A stretch of 64,000 nucleotides of DNA from Verrucomicrobiota bacterium (GTDB taxonomy: Bacteria; Verrucomicrobiota; Verrucomicrobiia; Limisphaerales; JBBRPK01): positions 613 through 64,612 of the forward strand of contig JBBRPK010000001.1 of the NCBI GenBank assembly GCA_038228235.1. Reading direction: 5' to 3'. Of the stretch, positions 19,244 to 28,034 are shown piece after piece. Below the pieces are notes generated by a model. It was given only the letters and a program-made list of their open reading frames with translations. It did not search any database and had not been told where the DNA came from. The position numbers and the translations under genes were made by a program. How positions within the stretch are numbered: the stretch's first letter is position 1; every line of letters begins with the position of its first letter.

Positions 19244-20896
19244 CTAGGTCTGCAATCCTGCCGGTTGAAGTTGTGCTCGAACGGCGCGCGCTTTCCGTTG
19301 GGCGCAAAAATTGGCCAGCATGGCCGGCAAGGTGGCCAGATTGTCGCGAGACCATTCGCCCATCAAGCAGATCTGGATCCAGTTCCGCTTGAGCAAATAT
19401 TCGCTGTTATAACTTAACAAAAAGCCTGCCTTCTTAAGCTGCAGACCAATACTTTTGGAATTGATCTCCGAAGGCAGAGCGATGCTGACGACGGCGGGCG
19501 AGGCGTGCGCGTCAGGCGCCACAATTTGCAGACCAAGTTCTCGCAGATGCCTGCGCAGCCAGGTTGAAACTTCGTTGATTTGCTGGAACTTCTCCGCCCA
19601 GCAGGTCCGGCCCAGCGCGGTTTGCAGCGCATAGAGCAAATTCGAGGAATGAGTAAAGGGAACTCCGCTCTGAGATGCGTAATAGCCTAAATCCAGATAG
19701 CGCGCCAGTTTGGTTGGCGCGGAGACCAGCTCATGATCGTAAAATACCATCGACAATCCGGGGAAAGATGCGAGCGCTTTGCCGCTCACGCACGAGGCAA
19801 GATAAACGCCCTCCAAATCGACAGCCACGGTTCCAATGGAACTAATGCAATCCAGGCAGAGCTTGATTCCATTTTGAGCGCAAAGGGCTTTCAGCGTCTC
19901 TGAATCGTTCAAAATGCCGGTGGAGGTTTCACAATGCACCGCCCACAGCCAGTGGATTTTCCGGCTCTGCCGAACTTCTTGTCGAAGGGCCGGATAATCA
20001 AAAGGCTCGCCCCAGCCCATTTGCAGGACCTCAAATTGCAAACCGAGTCGCGTGGCATGATCGATGAGTCGATCTCCGAATTCGCCATTGCTTAAAATGA
20101 GTCCCGGCTGCTGCAGCAACGAGAGTTGGGCGCCCACCGCATCGTTGGCGAGGCTGCCCGAGCCCAGCAAAATCTCGACGTGGGTTGCCTGTACCAGCTC
20201 ACAAAGAAGTCGCTGGGTTGCCCGAAAATCAGCGTTAAACGCTTTCGACCGATGGGAGACAGGGCCCTTCTCAAAGGCCCTGCGCACTTCTTCATGAACA
20301 TCCACTGGCCCCGGCAAATAGCTGGCCATGATGCGATTGACCTCTTCCGAGGGCGGAGAAAGCACTTTCGACATCTGGATAAACGTTTCCAAGGTCAAGT
20401 ACATAGGCTGGAATTGCGCCTCCCCGACGCCGACGATTGGGCCAAAGGGGATAAAACCCAGATGCTTGTAGAGTTTTAACTGCCGCAGCGTGCCCGAAAT
20501 GATGGCCAGATCAAAACCCCGATCTTTGAAATGCTGCGCCAAAAGGCCCACCAGCCGCGAAAAAACAAAACCGTTCCGGAAATCTTTTTCTACCGAGAGC
20601 AAACGGACTTCCAGCACGGTCCGCCCCTCGGGCAAACAAGCCTGGAGGTTGGGAACTTTGTGATCGAGGGAAAAGGGGCGCTGACCCCGACCGGCCACCA
20701 TCCCGACCAGTTGGCCTCCTACGAGGCAAATGGCATACGTATTCTCGGCATGAAATTTATCGGCCAGCCGCTGCTCTGGGTTGTTCGCATGCTGGGGGAT
20801 CTCTTCCACGAAGGTCTTGTAATTGAGCCGGTGAATCGCTTCAAATTCCCAATCCTCACTGGCGATTTTAAACTTTAGCGATTGCTCAGAGGTCAT
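19244..20896 (-). CDS. fusion protein: N-acyl amino acid synthase-like GNAT domain + class-V (AGXT/PhnW-like) aminotransferase
   Basis: N-terminal about 190 aa (WEFEAIHRLNYKTFVEEIPQH...QLVGMVAGR...LYKHLGF) resembles the OlsB/FeeM-type N-acyltransferase fold. The C-terminal about 360 aa carries class-V aminotransferase blocks, including SGKALASFPGLS (putative PLP Lys). ATG 20896 overlaps the plsY stop by 11 nt. Confidence 0.65.
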   Translation of the reverse strand: MTSEQSLKFKIASEDWEFEAIHRLNYKTFVEEIPQHANNPEQRLADKFHAENTYAICLVGGQLVGMVAGRGQRPFSLDHKVPNLQACLPEGRTVLEVRLLSVEKDFRNGFVFSRLVGLLAQHFKDRGFDLAIISGTLRQLKLYKHLGFIPFGPIVGVGEAQFQPMYLTLETFIQMSKVLSPPSEEVNRIMASYLPGPVDVHEEVRRAFEKGPVSHRSKAFNADFRATQRLLCELVQATHVEILLGSGSLANDAVGAQLSLLQQPGLILSNGEFGDRLIDHATRLGLQFEVLQMGWGEPFDYPALRQEVRQSRKIHWLWAVHCETSTGILNDSETLKALCAQNGIKLCLDCISSIGTVAVDLEGVYLASCVSGKALASFPGLSMVFYDHELVSAPTKLARYLDLGYYASQSGVPFTHSSNLLYALQTALGRTCWAEKFQQINEVSTWLRRHLRELGLQIVAPDAHASPAVVSIALPSEINSKSIGLQLKKAGFLLSYNSEYLLKRNWIQICLMGEWSRDNLATLPAMLANFCAQRKARAVRAQLQPAGLQT

Positions 20897-21551
20897 GGTC
20901 TTCCTTCTCCAGAATCGAATGGGGAGCCTGTTTGACCGCATGCCCGGGAACCATTCGAGCGAACTCCTCCCTGATGTTTTTCTGGTGGGAAATCAAAACC
21001 AGTCCCGCCAGGAGAGAGGTCGCTATTACCTCCATGTTTTCGAGACCGCAAAGAAAAGCGACCAGCGGCGTGAGCGCAAAGGCAAGCAATCCGCTGACGG
21101 TGAAATTGCGCGACAGGGCGAAAAACGGCAGCAGCAGCGCTGCCAGAATCACTACCAAAAAACTATCGTAAGCGAGAAGGGCGCCCAGAGAGGTGGCAAT
21201 GCCTTTGCCGCCGTGAAAGCGCAGTTGCATCGGCCAGTTGTGTCCGACCACCACCGCCAACATGGCGCCGATGATCATCTCCGGAGACAAACCAAAATAA
21301 AGAGCCATGCCAACGGCAAGCGCCCCTTTGCCTAGATCTAGAAGTAATGTGGCGGTAAATCCAGTGGGACCCAGCATCCTGCCCACATTGCGCGCGCCCA
21401 CATTGCCACTGAAGCGGTGACGGATGTCCTGGCCAGTGCGCCAGCGCACCCAGTAATACCCTGCCGTCAAACAGCCCAAAAAGTAACACGCGAAAAGCGT
21501 GGTGATTTCTTTGCCCGAGGCAACGTTAATAGGCGGTAGCGACATGCTCAC
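20886..21551 (-). CDS. plsY: glycerol-3-phosphate acyltransferase PlsY
   Basis: 221 aa polytopic protein. Motifs FSGNVGARNVGRMLG and HGGKGIATSLGALL match the PlsY blocks. Confidence 0.85.
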   Translation of the reverse strand: MSMSLPPINVASGKEITTLFACYFLGCLTAGYYWVRWRTGQDIRHRFSGNVGARNVGRMLGPTGFTATLLLDLGKGALAVGMALYFGLSPEMIIGAMLAVVVGHNWPMQLRFHGGKGIATSLGALLAYDSFLVVILAALLLPFFALSRNFTVSGLLAFALTPLVAFLCGLENMEVIATSLLAGLVLISHQKNIREEFARMVPGHAVKQAPHSILEKEDHDL

Positions 21552-21696
21552 AGTGCATTTCTATTCGAGCTTATCAATCTGGGCATAGGTTATCATTATC
21601 CCACCGCTTTTGGCAAAACTTTGTTTTTGGCCACCCCGCCAGACACGCCCCAGGGCCAAAGACAAACTAGCGCAGCGTCGGCGTCCTCGCCGGCTT

Positions 21697-21750
21697 AGTG
21701 GTCTGAGGCGTAAATACGCTGACGTCATCGTATTTACGCCTCAGACCACT
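21697..21750. repeat. 54-bp near-perfect palindrome (22-bp perfect arms around a TGACGTCA core)
   Basis: AGTGGTCTGAGGCGTAAATACG-C-TGACGTCA-T-CGTATTTACGCCTCAGACCACT. Arms checked base by base; only the C/T pair flanking the core is mismatched. Confidence 0.95.
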
Positions 21751-21939
21751 GAGGGCGTAGCAATGCCGAAAAACGCGGTCGGGCTGGAACGAAGGCCGGC
21801 GATCGGAGCGGCCGGGGACGCCGGCGCTCCGGCCGCCCGGGATGGACTTTGTCACTGGCCCTGCCGAACACGCTGAAGCCTGGAGCCCGAAAAGACTCGG
21901 CCTCCGCGAAATCCACGAAAGAGACTGCCCTGCTGCCGT

Positions 21940-22572
21940 TCACGGCAACTCTTCAATCTGGATGTCCTTGTAGGACGCCTCCGCCTTGGCGCCGCCATGG
22001 ATTTGCAAACCAATAATGCCGAATTGCTCGATGTGATCGTCCGGCTCCGTGTAATCGATTGTTTGATAGCCATTCAGCGTCACCCGGATCCGTTTGCCTT
22101 CGCAGCGAATCTCGTAATCGTTCCACTGTTTCCGCTTCAAGACTTTGTTCACCTCGGCGATATCAGATTTCGCCAGGACCTTGTTGCGGCGTGACTCGTC
22201 GTAAAGGCAGCCCCACCATTCCGGATCACCCATATCCGCCTGATACCCACTCAACTCATAGTCAGGCTCCTTGATATGCTTGCTGCGCACCTGGACGCCC
22301 CCATTGATAAAGCCGCTCGTTCCAATTAGCTTGAATTTCAAACGCAGCACGAAGTTGGTGAACGACTTCTCGGTGCAAATGAACTCATTGTGAGGCACCG
22401 TCTCCTGGAGTGAACCACCAACCAACGCGCCGTCCTCGATGCGCCAGGTCTTGTTCGTGTCCCCTTCCCAACCCGCAAAAGTCTTGCCATCGAAGAGGGA
22501 CACCGTTGCTCCGAGGCCGCTCAAGCAACCCAGGGTCATGGCCAAAAAGCTGGTAACGAATAAATTTTTCAT
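21940..22572 (-). CDS. secreted DUF1080 (3-keto-disaccharide hydrolase-like) protein
   Basis: Start at ATG 22572 (MKNLFVTSFLAMTLGCLSGLGA leader). DGKTFAGWEGDTNKTWRIEDGALVGG ... WNDYEIRCEGKRIRVTLNGYQT ... GIIGLQIHGG..A.YKDIQIEEL. Confidence 0.8.
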   Translation of the reverse strand: MKNLFVTSFLAMTLGCLSGLGATVSLFDGKTFAGWEGDTNKTWRIEDGALVGGSLQETVPHNEFICTEKSFTNFVLRLKFKLIGTSGFINGGVQVRSKHIKEPDYELSGYQADMGDPEWWGCLYDESRRNKVLAKSDIAEVNKVLKRKQWNDYEIRCEGKRIRVTLNGYQTIDYTEPDDHIEQFGIIGLQIHGGAKAEASYKDIQIEELP

Positions 22573-22768
22573 AGCTTCTTTTTTCAGTTTTGTACCTCCA
22601 AGGGCAGCCCCTGTCCAGCCTGGATTGCGGGAAGCGCCCAAAACTCAGGCCCGTAACAAAGTAGCGGAGCGCCGCTTGAAATCCAGCCACGATAACTCAG
22701 GAAAATGCGCCAAAAGAAGAATTTGCCCTTCTCACCCAGACGAAATTCGCGCCTTGAACCCCCGAACC

Positions 22769-22839
22769 GTAGCAGCCGATGTGAATCGGCTCTGATCTTT
22801 CCTGGGGAAAATAGGGAGCCGACTCACGCCCGCTGCTAC
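22769..22839. repeat. imperfect inverted pair of a 24-nt GC-rich hairpin repeat (GAGCCGACTCACGCC[C/G]GCTGCTAC family)
   Basis: Arm 22769-22792 is GTAGCAGCCGATGTGAATCGGCTC; arm 22816-22839 is GAGCCGACTCACGCCCGCTGCTAC. A third copy at 36167-36190 matches 23 of 24 nt. Confidence 0.85.
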
Positions 22840-22843
22840 GAGA

Positions 22844-23126
22844 TCAATGGAAAAGCCGCTGGACGTGTTCTTCGCGAGTGCGCCGACGCGTTTCGGAGCG
22901 CCAGAGATCGATGGACACATGAACGGGCCGCCTCAGCATGAAGTTTCGGAGGTGTCCTGGCGAGCCGGATGAAAACCGTCTGAGTGACATCCTCGACAAG
23001 AGCACTGCTCGAAAGTCCCCTTTTCGCGATCGAATACACCAGGTTGGCGTAGAAACCAACCAATTGGGCGAACGCATCCTCCGATCTGCTTTCCCGACAA
23101 TCAGCCAGTAAGTCAGTTCCTTTCAT
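22844..23126 (-). pseudogene. ECF sigma-70 factor remnant (frameshifted and truncated; region 4 missing)
   Basis: One frame gives sigma region 2 ([24 protein letters not shown]...[14 protein letters not shown]). The expected continuation [20 protein letters not shown] is in a different frame and ends at the stop at 22844. No region 4 follows; the hairpin repeats do. Confidence 0.7.
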
Positions 23127-23181
23127 TCACAATGCTAATCGTCGCCGATTGCCCAAAGGTAACTGGCTTCTTCGGCAGGAC

Positions 23182-23715
23182 CTACCACAGAAAGGACTTT
23201 TGCTCTGCGACCTGCTGGTTCCCGCTCCACAGCGTTACTCGCCAGGCCGCCAGCTCGCCAAAGTTTTTGTAATCCGGACCGGCGAGAGTGAGAGAGGACC
23301 AACTGCCAAAAAGGCCGCGTCGTCGCACGGGTTCTTCCAGAGTGGCCGTCGTCGGTTCTTTGCCATGAGACCCGCGCATCTCCACGCGTAACTTGCTCGG
23401 GGCCGAGACGCGCCCTTTCCAGTAAATGGCAAATCGAATCCCTGAGCGTTCTTTCGGAGTCCGGCGCAAATGAGCCTGATACGCATCTCTATCAAAAAGA
23501 CTGGGTGAGAGGGCATGCCGCCCCTCGCGATCCAAATATTGCGGCAACACTTTGCTCACCTTGGGGGTAGCAGCCGGCGCCGCAAGGTTGGACCACCCCA
23601 ACAACAAGAGCGCGAGGAAAAGGCTGAACGGACGCATTGCCCAGACTGTAAAAGAGGGCGGGCAGGCGGGGAAGTGGAAAATCCGAAGCCGGTAATTTTG
23701 GCCCGCCTCGTTCAT
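23182..23715 (-). CDS. hypothetical secreted protein
   Basis: ATG 23715 overlaps the upstream stop as ATGA. An internal ATG at 23637 gives a clean signal peptide, MRPFSLFLALLLLGWSNLAAPA. No family recognised. Confidence 0.5.
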   Translation of the reverse strand: MNEAGQNYRLRIFHFPACPPSFTVWAMRPFSLFLALLLLGWSNLAAPAATPKVSKVLPQYLDREGRHALSPSLFDRDAYQAHLRRTPKERSGIRFAIYWKGRVSAPSKLRVEMRGSHGKEPTTATLEEPVRRRGLFGSWSSLTLAGPDYKNFGELAAWRVTLWSGNQQVAEQKSFLW

Positions 23716-25082
23716 TCTCGCCGGTGCAGCTTTTCAAAACCGGGGGCGGCAATGAAAGTGCGAAGAGGTCCGCCGTTCGTCACGTTTGCGTCCCAAACAC
23801 GGACCTTTCCATCGAAACTTCCTGTGGCCAGGCGATGGAACCTTTCGTCCAGGGCCAGCGCATAAACGATGTCGCCGTGCCCTCCGAAGGTGCTCATGAG
23901 TTTGTGCTTTTTATCCATTGAATGTCGCCGCGCGGATTGATCGGAGGAACACGTGAAAAAGGCATTGCTCGTCACGATAAGCTGGAGCACCTCTCCCTCG
24001 AATCCCGAAATCTCCCTTGTTTTCTCCGCATTCGTCTCCCCTGCGCTCCAAATATGGACTTTCCGGTCCCGCCCGCAACTGAGGATCTGGCTGTCATCCG
24101 CGCTGAACGCCACTCCAAAGACCAAGTCGCCATGACCTAAATAGCTGTGTTCCACTCCGCCGGTCAGCGCGTCATAAAGCCGGGCCGATTTGTCGCGGCT
24201 CGCTGAAGCCAGAAGCTTGCCGCTGTGGCTGAAGGAAACTGATGTCACCCAATCCGCGTGCTGTTCAATGATGCGCTCCGGTTTTCCGGTGGCGACGTCG
24301 AAGAGGCGGATGGCGTTATCGCTGCCTCCAGTGGCGAGTTTGGAGCCATCGGGGCTGAACGCGACTGCCAGCATCGAGTCGGCGCTGGTCGCGAGGACTT
24401 TAGCCAGGACGCCGCTTCCGGCGTCGAAGAGTTTGATTTCGCCAATCTTTCCGGGTGTGCCGCTGGCGGCAGCGAGAAGGTTGCCGTTGGGCTGGTAGGC
24501 AAGACAGAGAGTGCATTGCGCCAGACCGTGCACGCGGCGGAGAAGTCGGCCATCCAAGGGATTCCAGATGGTAATCTCGTGATAGCCGCCCGCCGCTAAC
24601 TCAGTGCCGTCCGGCGAAAATGCCAGGGCGGTGATAGGAATGGGGCGGGGATATCCTTCGGGAGCAGCAGGTTGGGGGATTGGGGGAATCATCGAAAACA
24701 AAGCAGCCTTAGCGTCCGGCCCATCGAACTCAGCTCCTTCTCTGATCCAGCGTTGAATCCGAGCAATCTCAACCTCGGATAAGGGCTCATTTTTCTGGGG
24801 CATTCGGTCGTCCTCGTCCGCAGCAGTGATCAATTGGACAAGCTTGCTCATCTCCGGTTTTCCTGGGACAATGGAGAGATCCTTGCTTGAGCCAGGTTTC
24901 AACATCAACTCGAAAGTGTCCAACCGGTAGCCTCCCTTTCTTTTTTCCGCTCCATGACATGCTAAACATTTTTGGGCGAAAATGGGAGCGATATCATTGG
25001 TGAAACTGATAGTCTGACCTTCCTCGGTAGCGCACAAAACAAAGGGCCCCAAGAGCGCCGAAGAGACAGCAAAAAGCTTCAT
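23712..25082 (-). CDS. planctomycete-type cytochrome c domain (PSCyt1) fused to WD40 beta-propeller
   Basis: Signal peptide, then FTNDIAPIFAQKCLACHGAEKRKGGYRLDTFE (CxxCH, PSCyt1 signature), then repeated WD40 blades (AFSPDG..LA.GG.D..I.(L/I)(F/W)D). Confidence 0.8.
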   Translation of the reverse strand: MKLFAVSSALLGPFVLCATEEGQTISFTNDIAPIFAQKCLACHGAEKRKGGYRLDTFELMLKPGSSKDLSIVPGKPEMSKLVQLITAADEDDRMPQKNEPLSEVEIARIQRWIREGAEFDGPDAKAALFSMIPPIPQPAAPEGYPRPIPITALAFSPDGTELAAGGYHEITIWNPLDGRLLRRVHGLAQCTLCLAYQPNGNLLAAASGTPGKIGEIKLFDAGSGVLAKVLATSADSMLAVAFSPDGSKLATGGSDNAIRLFDVATGKPERIIEQHADWVTSVSFSHSGKLLASASRDKSARLYDALTGGVEHSYLGHGDLVFGVAFSADDSQILSCGRDRKVHIWSAGETNAEKTREISGFEGEVLQLIVTSNAFFTCSSDQSARRHSMDKKHKLMSTFGGHGDIVYALALDERFHRLATGSFDGKVRVWDANVTNGGPLRTFIAAPGFEKLHRRE

Positions 25083-25275
25083 GTCTCATTTGAAATACGA
25101 ACTCGCGCGTGCCGGCGCGAGCAGAATTTCGCGCTTCGTAAGCGGGTGCCGGCCCCTCCAGGAATCACGCGCTCTGCGAGTCTGTGTCCCCAGAACTGGT
25201 GACTGGCGGGGGACACCATAAGGCGTATGCTGATGCCGTGTTGAAGTTGCACTTTGTTCTCAAGTGCGCTTGTGT

Positions 25276-25310
25276 GAAAAGGCCGGACGCAAGTTCGGCC
25301 TTTCTCTTTT
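25276..25310 (-). terminator. candidate (bidirectional) intrinsic terminator downstream of the class-V aminotransferase gene
   Basis: Stem AAAGGCCG/CGGCCTTT with a 10-nt loop and T-rich flanks on both strands. Lies 27 nt beyond the stop at 25337. Confidence 0.4.
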
Positions 25311-25336
25311 GTAGCGGCCGTTAACGCCCAAACTCC

Positions 25337-26488
25337 TTATAGCAACTCCAAGACCCTGTGCAATTCGGCATCGGTATTGTAGAAATGCGGGGAAAGACGG
25401 ATATATCGCTGTCCGGAACGATCCGCGCGCAGCGAGGTGACAATGTTCTCATCTAATAGTTTTTGATGGAGAGCAGGCAAATCCGTGCCCGGGCGATAGA
25501 ACGAAATTATGGCGCTGGCATTCGCGGGCGGCGCATCCGCTTGCAAAACGGCGCAGCCTTTGGCTTGCAAGGCTGGAACCAGCCAGGCGCGCTTGCGCGC
25601 CAATTCGGTTGCAATATTGTCGATGCCGATTTCCAGGAGAAGTTCGAGGGCGGCTTGCAGTCCGGCTAAACCGAGCAGATTCGCCGTGCCTGCTTCATAG
25701 CGCCGCGCATCGGGACGAAAAGCGATTTGTTCCTGGGCGACGTAATTGGGGCAGCGCACGTTGTGCCAGCCGTAAATGGGCGGGCGAAGACGCTCTTGCC
25801 AGTCTTTCCGAACATAGAGCAGCCCTGCGGCGCACGGACCTAGCAACCACTTGTGCGCATCAGCCGCGAGGAAATCAAGGTGTTCGACGCTGGTGGGGAA
25901 GGCCCCGAGGGTCTGGATGCCATCGACGCAGAATGCAATTCCTCGCTCGCGCAAAAAGTTTCCGAGGCCGTCCAACTCGAGCCGATAGCCGCTGACGAAG
26001 TGACAGGAGGCGAGGGCGACCAGCCGGGTCTGCTCGTCCACCTGGCCTTGCACATCGATCTGCCGAATGCGGCCCAACTCGCGAATATTCAGGAAGCGGA
26101 CTCGCACCCCTTTTTCGGCCAGCGCCATCCAAGGATAGACGTTGGAAGGATAATCTTCGAGGTAAACGAGGATATTTTCATTTTTCCGCAGATTCAAACC
26201 GCTGGCGATAAAACTTAAAGCCAGGGAAGTCGGACCGACAAACGCAATTTCTTCGGGCTGCGCGTGAAGCAGACTGGCGGCCAGTTGACGAATCCGGGCA
26301 AATCTCGCTCCCGAAAAGGCCGCTTCTTGATCCTCGCGAGTCGCGAGTGTTAGATAATCCCGCGCCGCCTCCGCCACGCGTCGTGGCAAGGGACAGACCC
26401 CGGCATGAGCAAGAAAAATTTTGTCGCGCGCGACCGGAAACTCGTGCTGGCGCAACTCTTCATTAGATAGAACTTCAGGCAAAGTCAT
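25337..26488 (-). CDS. class-V aminotransferase / cysteine desulfurase-like PLP enzyme
   Basis: 383 aa. FLAADAHKWLLGPCAAGLLYV (PLP-Lys block) with overall NifS/CsdA-like block order. Confidence 0.75.
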   Translation of the reverse strand: MTLPEVLSNEELRQHEFPVARDKIFLAHAGVCPLPRRVAEAARDYLTLATREDQEAAFSGARFARIRQLAASLLHAQPEEIAFVGPTSLALSFIASGLNLRKNENILVYLEDYPSNVYPWMALAEKGVRVRFLNIRELGRIRQIDVQGQVDEQTRLVALASCHFVSGYRLELDGLGNFLRERGIAFCVDGIQTLGAFPTSVEHLDFLAADAHKWLLGPCAAGLLYVRKDWQERLRPPIYGWHNVRCPNYVAQEQIAFRPDARRYEAGTANLLGLAGLQAALELLLEIGIDNIATELARKRAWLVPALQAKGCAVLQADAPPANASAIISFYRPGTDLPALHQKLLDENIVTSLRADRSGQRYIRLSPHFYNTDAELHRVLELL

Positions 26489-26503
26489 AGGCCGGAGCGC
26501 GTT

Positions 26504-27505
26504 CTAAAACTTGATCGCGTCATTCACCATGTCAAAATAGCCTTTATAGAAGGACACTACGCGCCAGGCGATCATGAATACGATGCCGAAATAGATCAGC
26601 TTGGGCGTCCAGGCGGCCAGGGCGCGCAATTTTCGCGTTCCTTCCTCATGGTAGAGATTGTGAAGCCGGATCAAAGTCTGATCGAGTTGGCCCGTGATTT
26701 CGCCAGTATGGTAAAGGTTGGCGAATAATTCGGGGAATTCCCCGCTGCGATTAATCGCTTCGGAGGGAGTTTCCCCGGCCAAAACCTCAGGTTTCCAGGC
26801 GAGAACGGTGCGCCGCAAAGCGGGTGAACCGCTGGCGCTGGCAGCCAGTTCCCAGGCTTCAATGATCGAAACGCCCGCGGTTAGCAAGGCTTCGAGCGCC
26901 GCCGCCAGGCGGGCCAACGCCAGGCTGCGACCAGCGGACCCACACAGAGGAATCCGGCGCAACACGCGTTCAATCAGGGCGCGCCATTTTTCCCCGTGCC
27001 GCCCCTGGCCTGCAAAAATGATTAGCCCAACAACGCCATAAATCGGTAAAAACACACCGAAGGTTTGCATCAAGTAGGGGAGCACGTTTCCTGATTGCAC
27101 CAGAGTCGGGAGCGGTCCGATTAATATGGCGAAGTGAAAGAGGAAAAGTGGATAGCCCAGGTCTGAAATGACCTGGCGAATAAGACGGCTGCGTTCCTGG
27201 TAATAATCTGCCAGGAGCTTGAAACAAGCCGGCAACCGCCCACTCGTTTCCCCGGCGTGCAGCAGCGCGATGTCAAAAGCCGGCAGCCAACGCCCCACCT
27301 TTTGCAGGGCTTCGCTGAAGGTTTCTCCGTTGGCCAACTCGGCCAGCAGGTGGGTCAGAGGTTGCCGAAAGGAACGCGACGGAGGAGCGCGTTGCAGGGT
27401 GGCTAAGGCCTGCGGCAAGGAAATCCCGGCCGCTGTCAACTGGCTAAGCTGATGATAAAACTCCGCGCGCTGTGATAATTGTGTCGGCGTTATGAGCAGT
27501 GGCAT
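26504..27505 (-). CDS. type II secretion system F-family (GspF/PilC-like) membrane protein
   Basis: 333 aa. Two T2SSF-like halves (LATLQRA...FSEAL...FDIALLHAGETSGRL and LEALLTAGVSIIEAWELAA...PSEAI...FPELFANLYHTGEITGQL), each followed by TM segments. Confidence 0.65.
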   Translation of the reverse strand: MPLLITPTQLSQRAEFYHQLSQLTAAGISLPQALATLQRAPPSRSFRQPLTHLLAELANGETFSEALQKVGRWLPAFDIALLHAGETSGRLPACFKLLADYYQERSRLIRQVISDLGYPLFLFHFAILIGPLPTLVQSGNVLPYLMQTFGVFLPIYGVVGLIIFAGQGRHGEKWRALIERVLRRIPLCGSAGRSLALARLAAALEALLTAGVSIIEAWELAASASGSPALRRTVLAWKPEVLAGETPSEAINRSGEFPELFANLYHTGEITGQLDQTLIRLHNLYHEEGTRKLRALAAWTPKLIYFGIVFMIAWRVVSFYKGYFDMVNDAIKF

Positions 27506-27638
27506 TGCTGTGGAGTGTGACCCTCAACTTCCGTTGCTCTCGGCCTTCCTCGGAAGGATCGGAGAAGTTTTTTCTCCACTATTTCTACGCCACCCAGCGG
27601 CCGCATTAAATATTTCCACCAGGCCGTCCGCCGTCCGC

Positions 27639-27977
27639 TCAAGCGGTGACGCGATCGAGCTTGGTCTTGAAATCGCGCTTGCTGCGCAAGCCCACAATCT
27701 GATCGGTGACCTGGCCATCCTTGAAAATCAAAAGGGTGGGGATGGCGCGAATGCCGTACTCGGCCGCCAACGCCTGGCATTGGTCGATATTCACTTTGCC
27801 AATCCTGAGCTTGGTATCGTACTCGGTGGCAAGCTCATCCAGAATGGGTGAAACCATCTTGCAAGGGCCGCACCACTCCGCCCAGAAATCAACCAGGACC
27901 GGCACGGGGGATTTAATGACTTCCTGTGGGAAGTTGCTCTCGGTGAGAGTAAGAATGCTAGGTGCTGACATATCCAA
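27639..27977 (-). CDS. trxA: thioredoxin
   Basis: 112 aa. VLVDFWAEWCGPCKM active site with a canonical Trx fold pattern. Confidence 0.9.
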   Translation of the reverse strand: MDMSAPSILTLTESNFPQEVIKSPVPVLVDFWAEWCGPCKMVSPILDELATEYDTKLRIGKVNIDQCQALAAEYGIRAIPTLLIFKDGQVTDQIVGLRSKRDFKTKLDRVTA

Positions 27978-28034
27978 AAAATTCTATTTCAAATGCCCCA
28001 TTCCTGGGATGCAGGCGGGGGCCCTTTAACTGGT

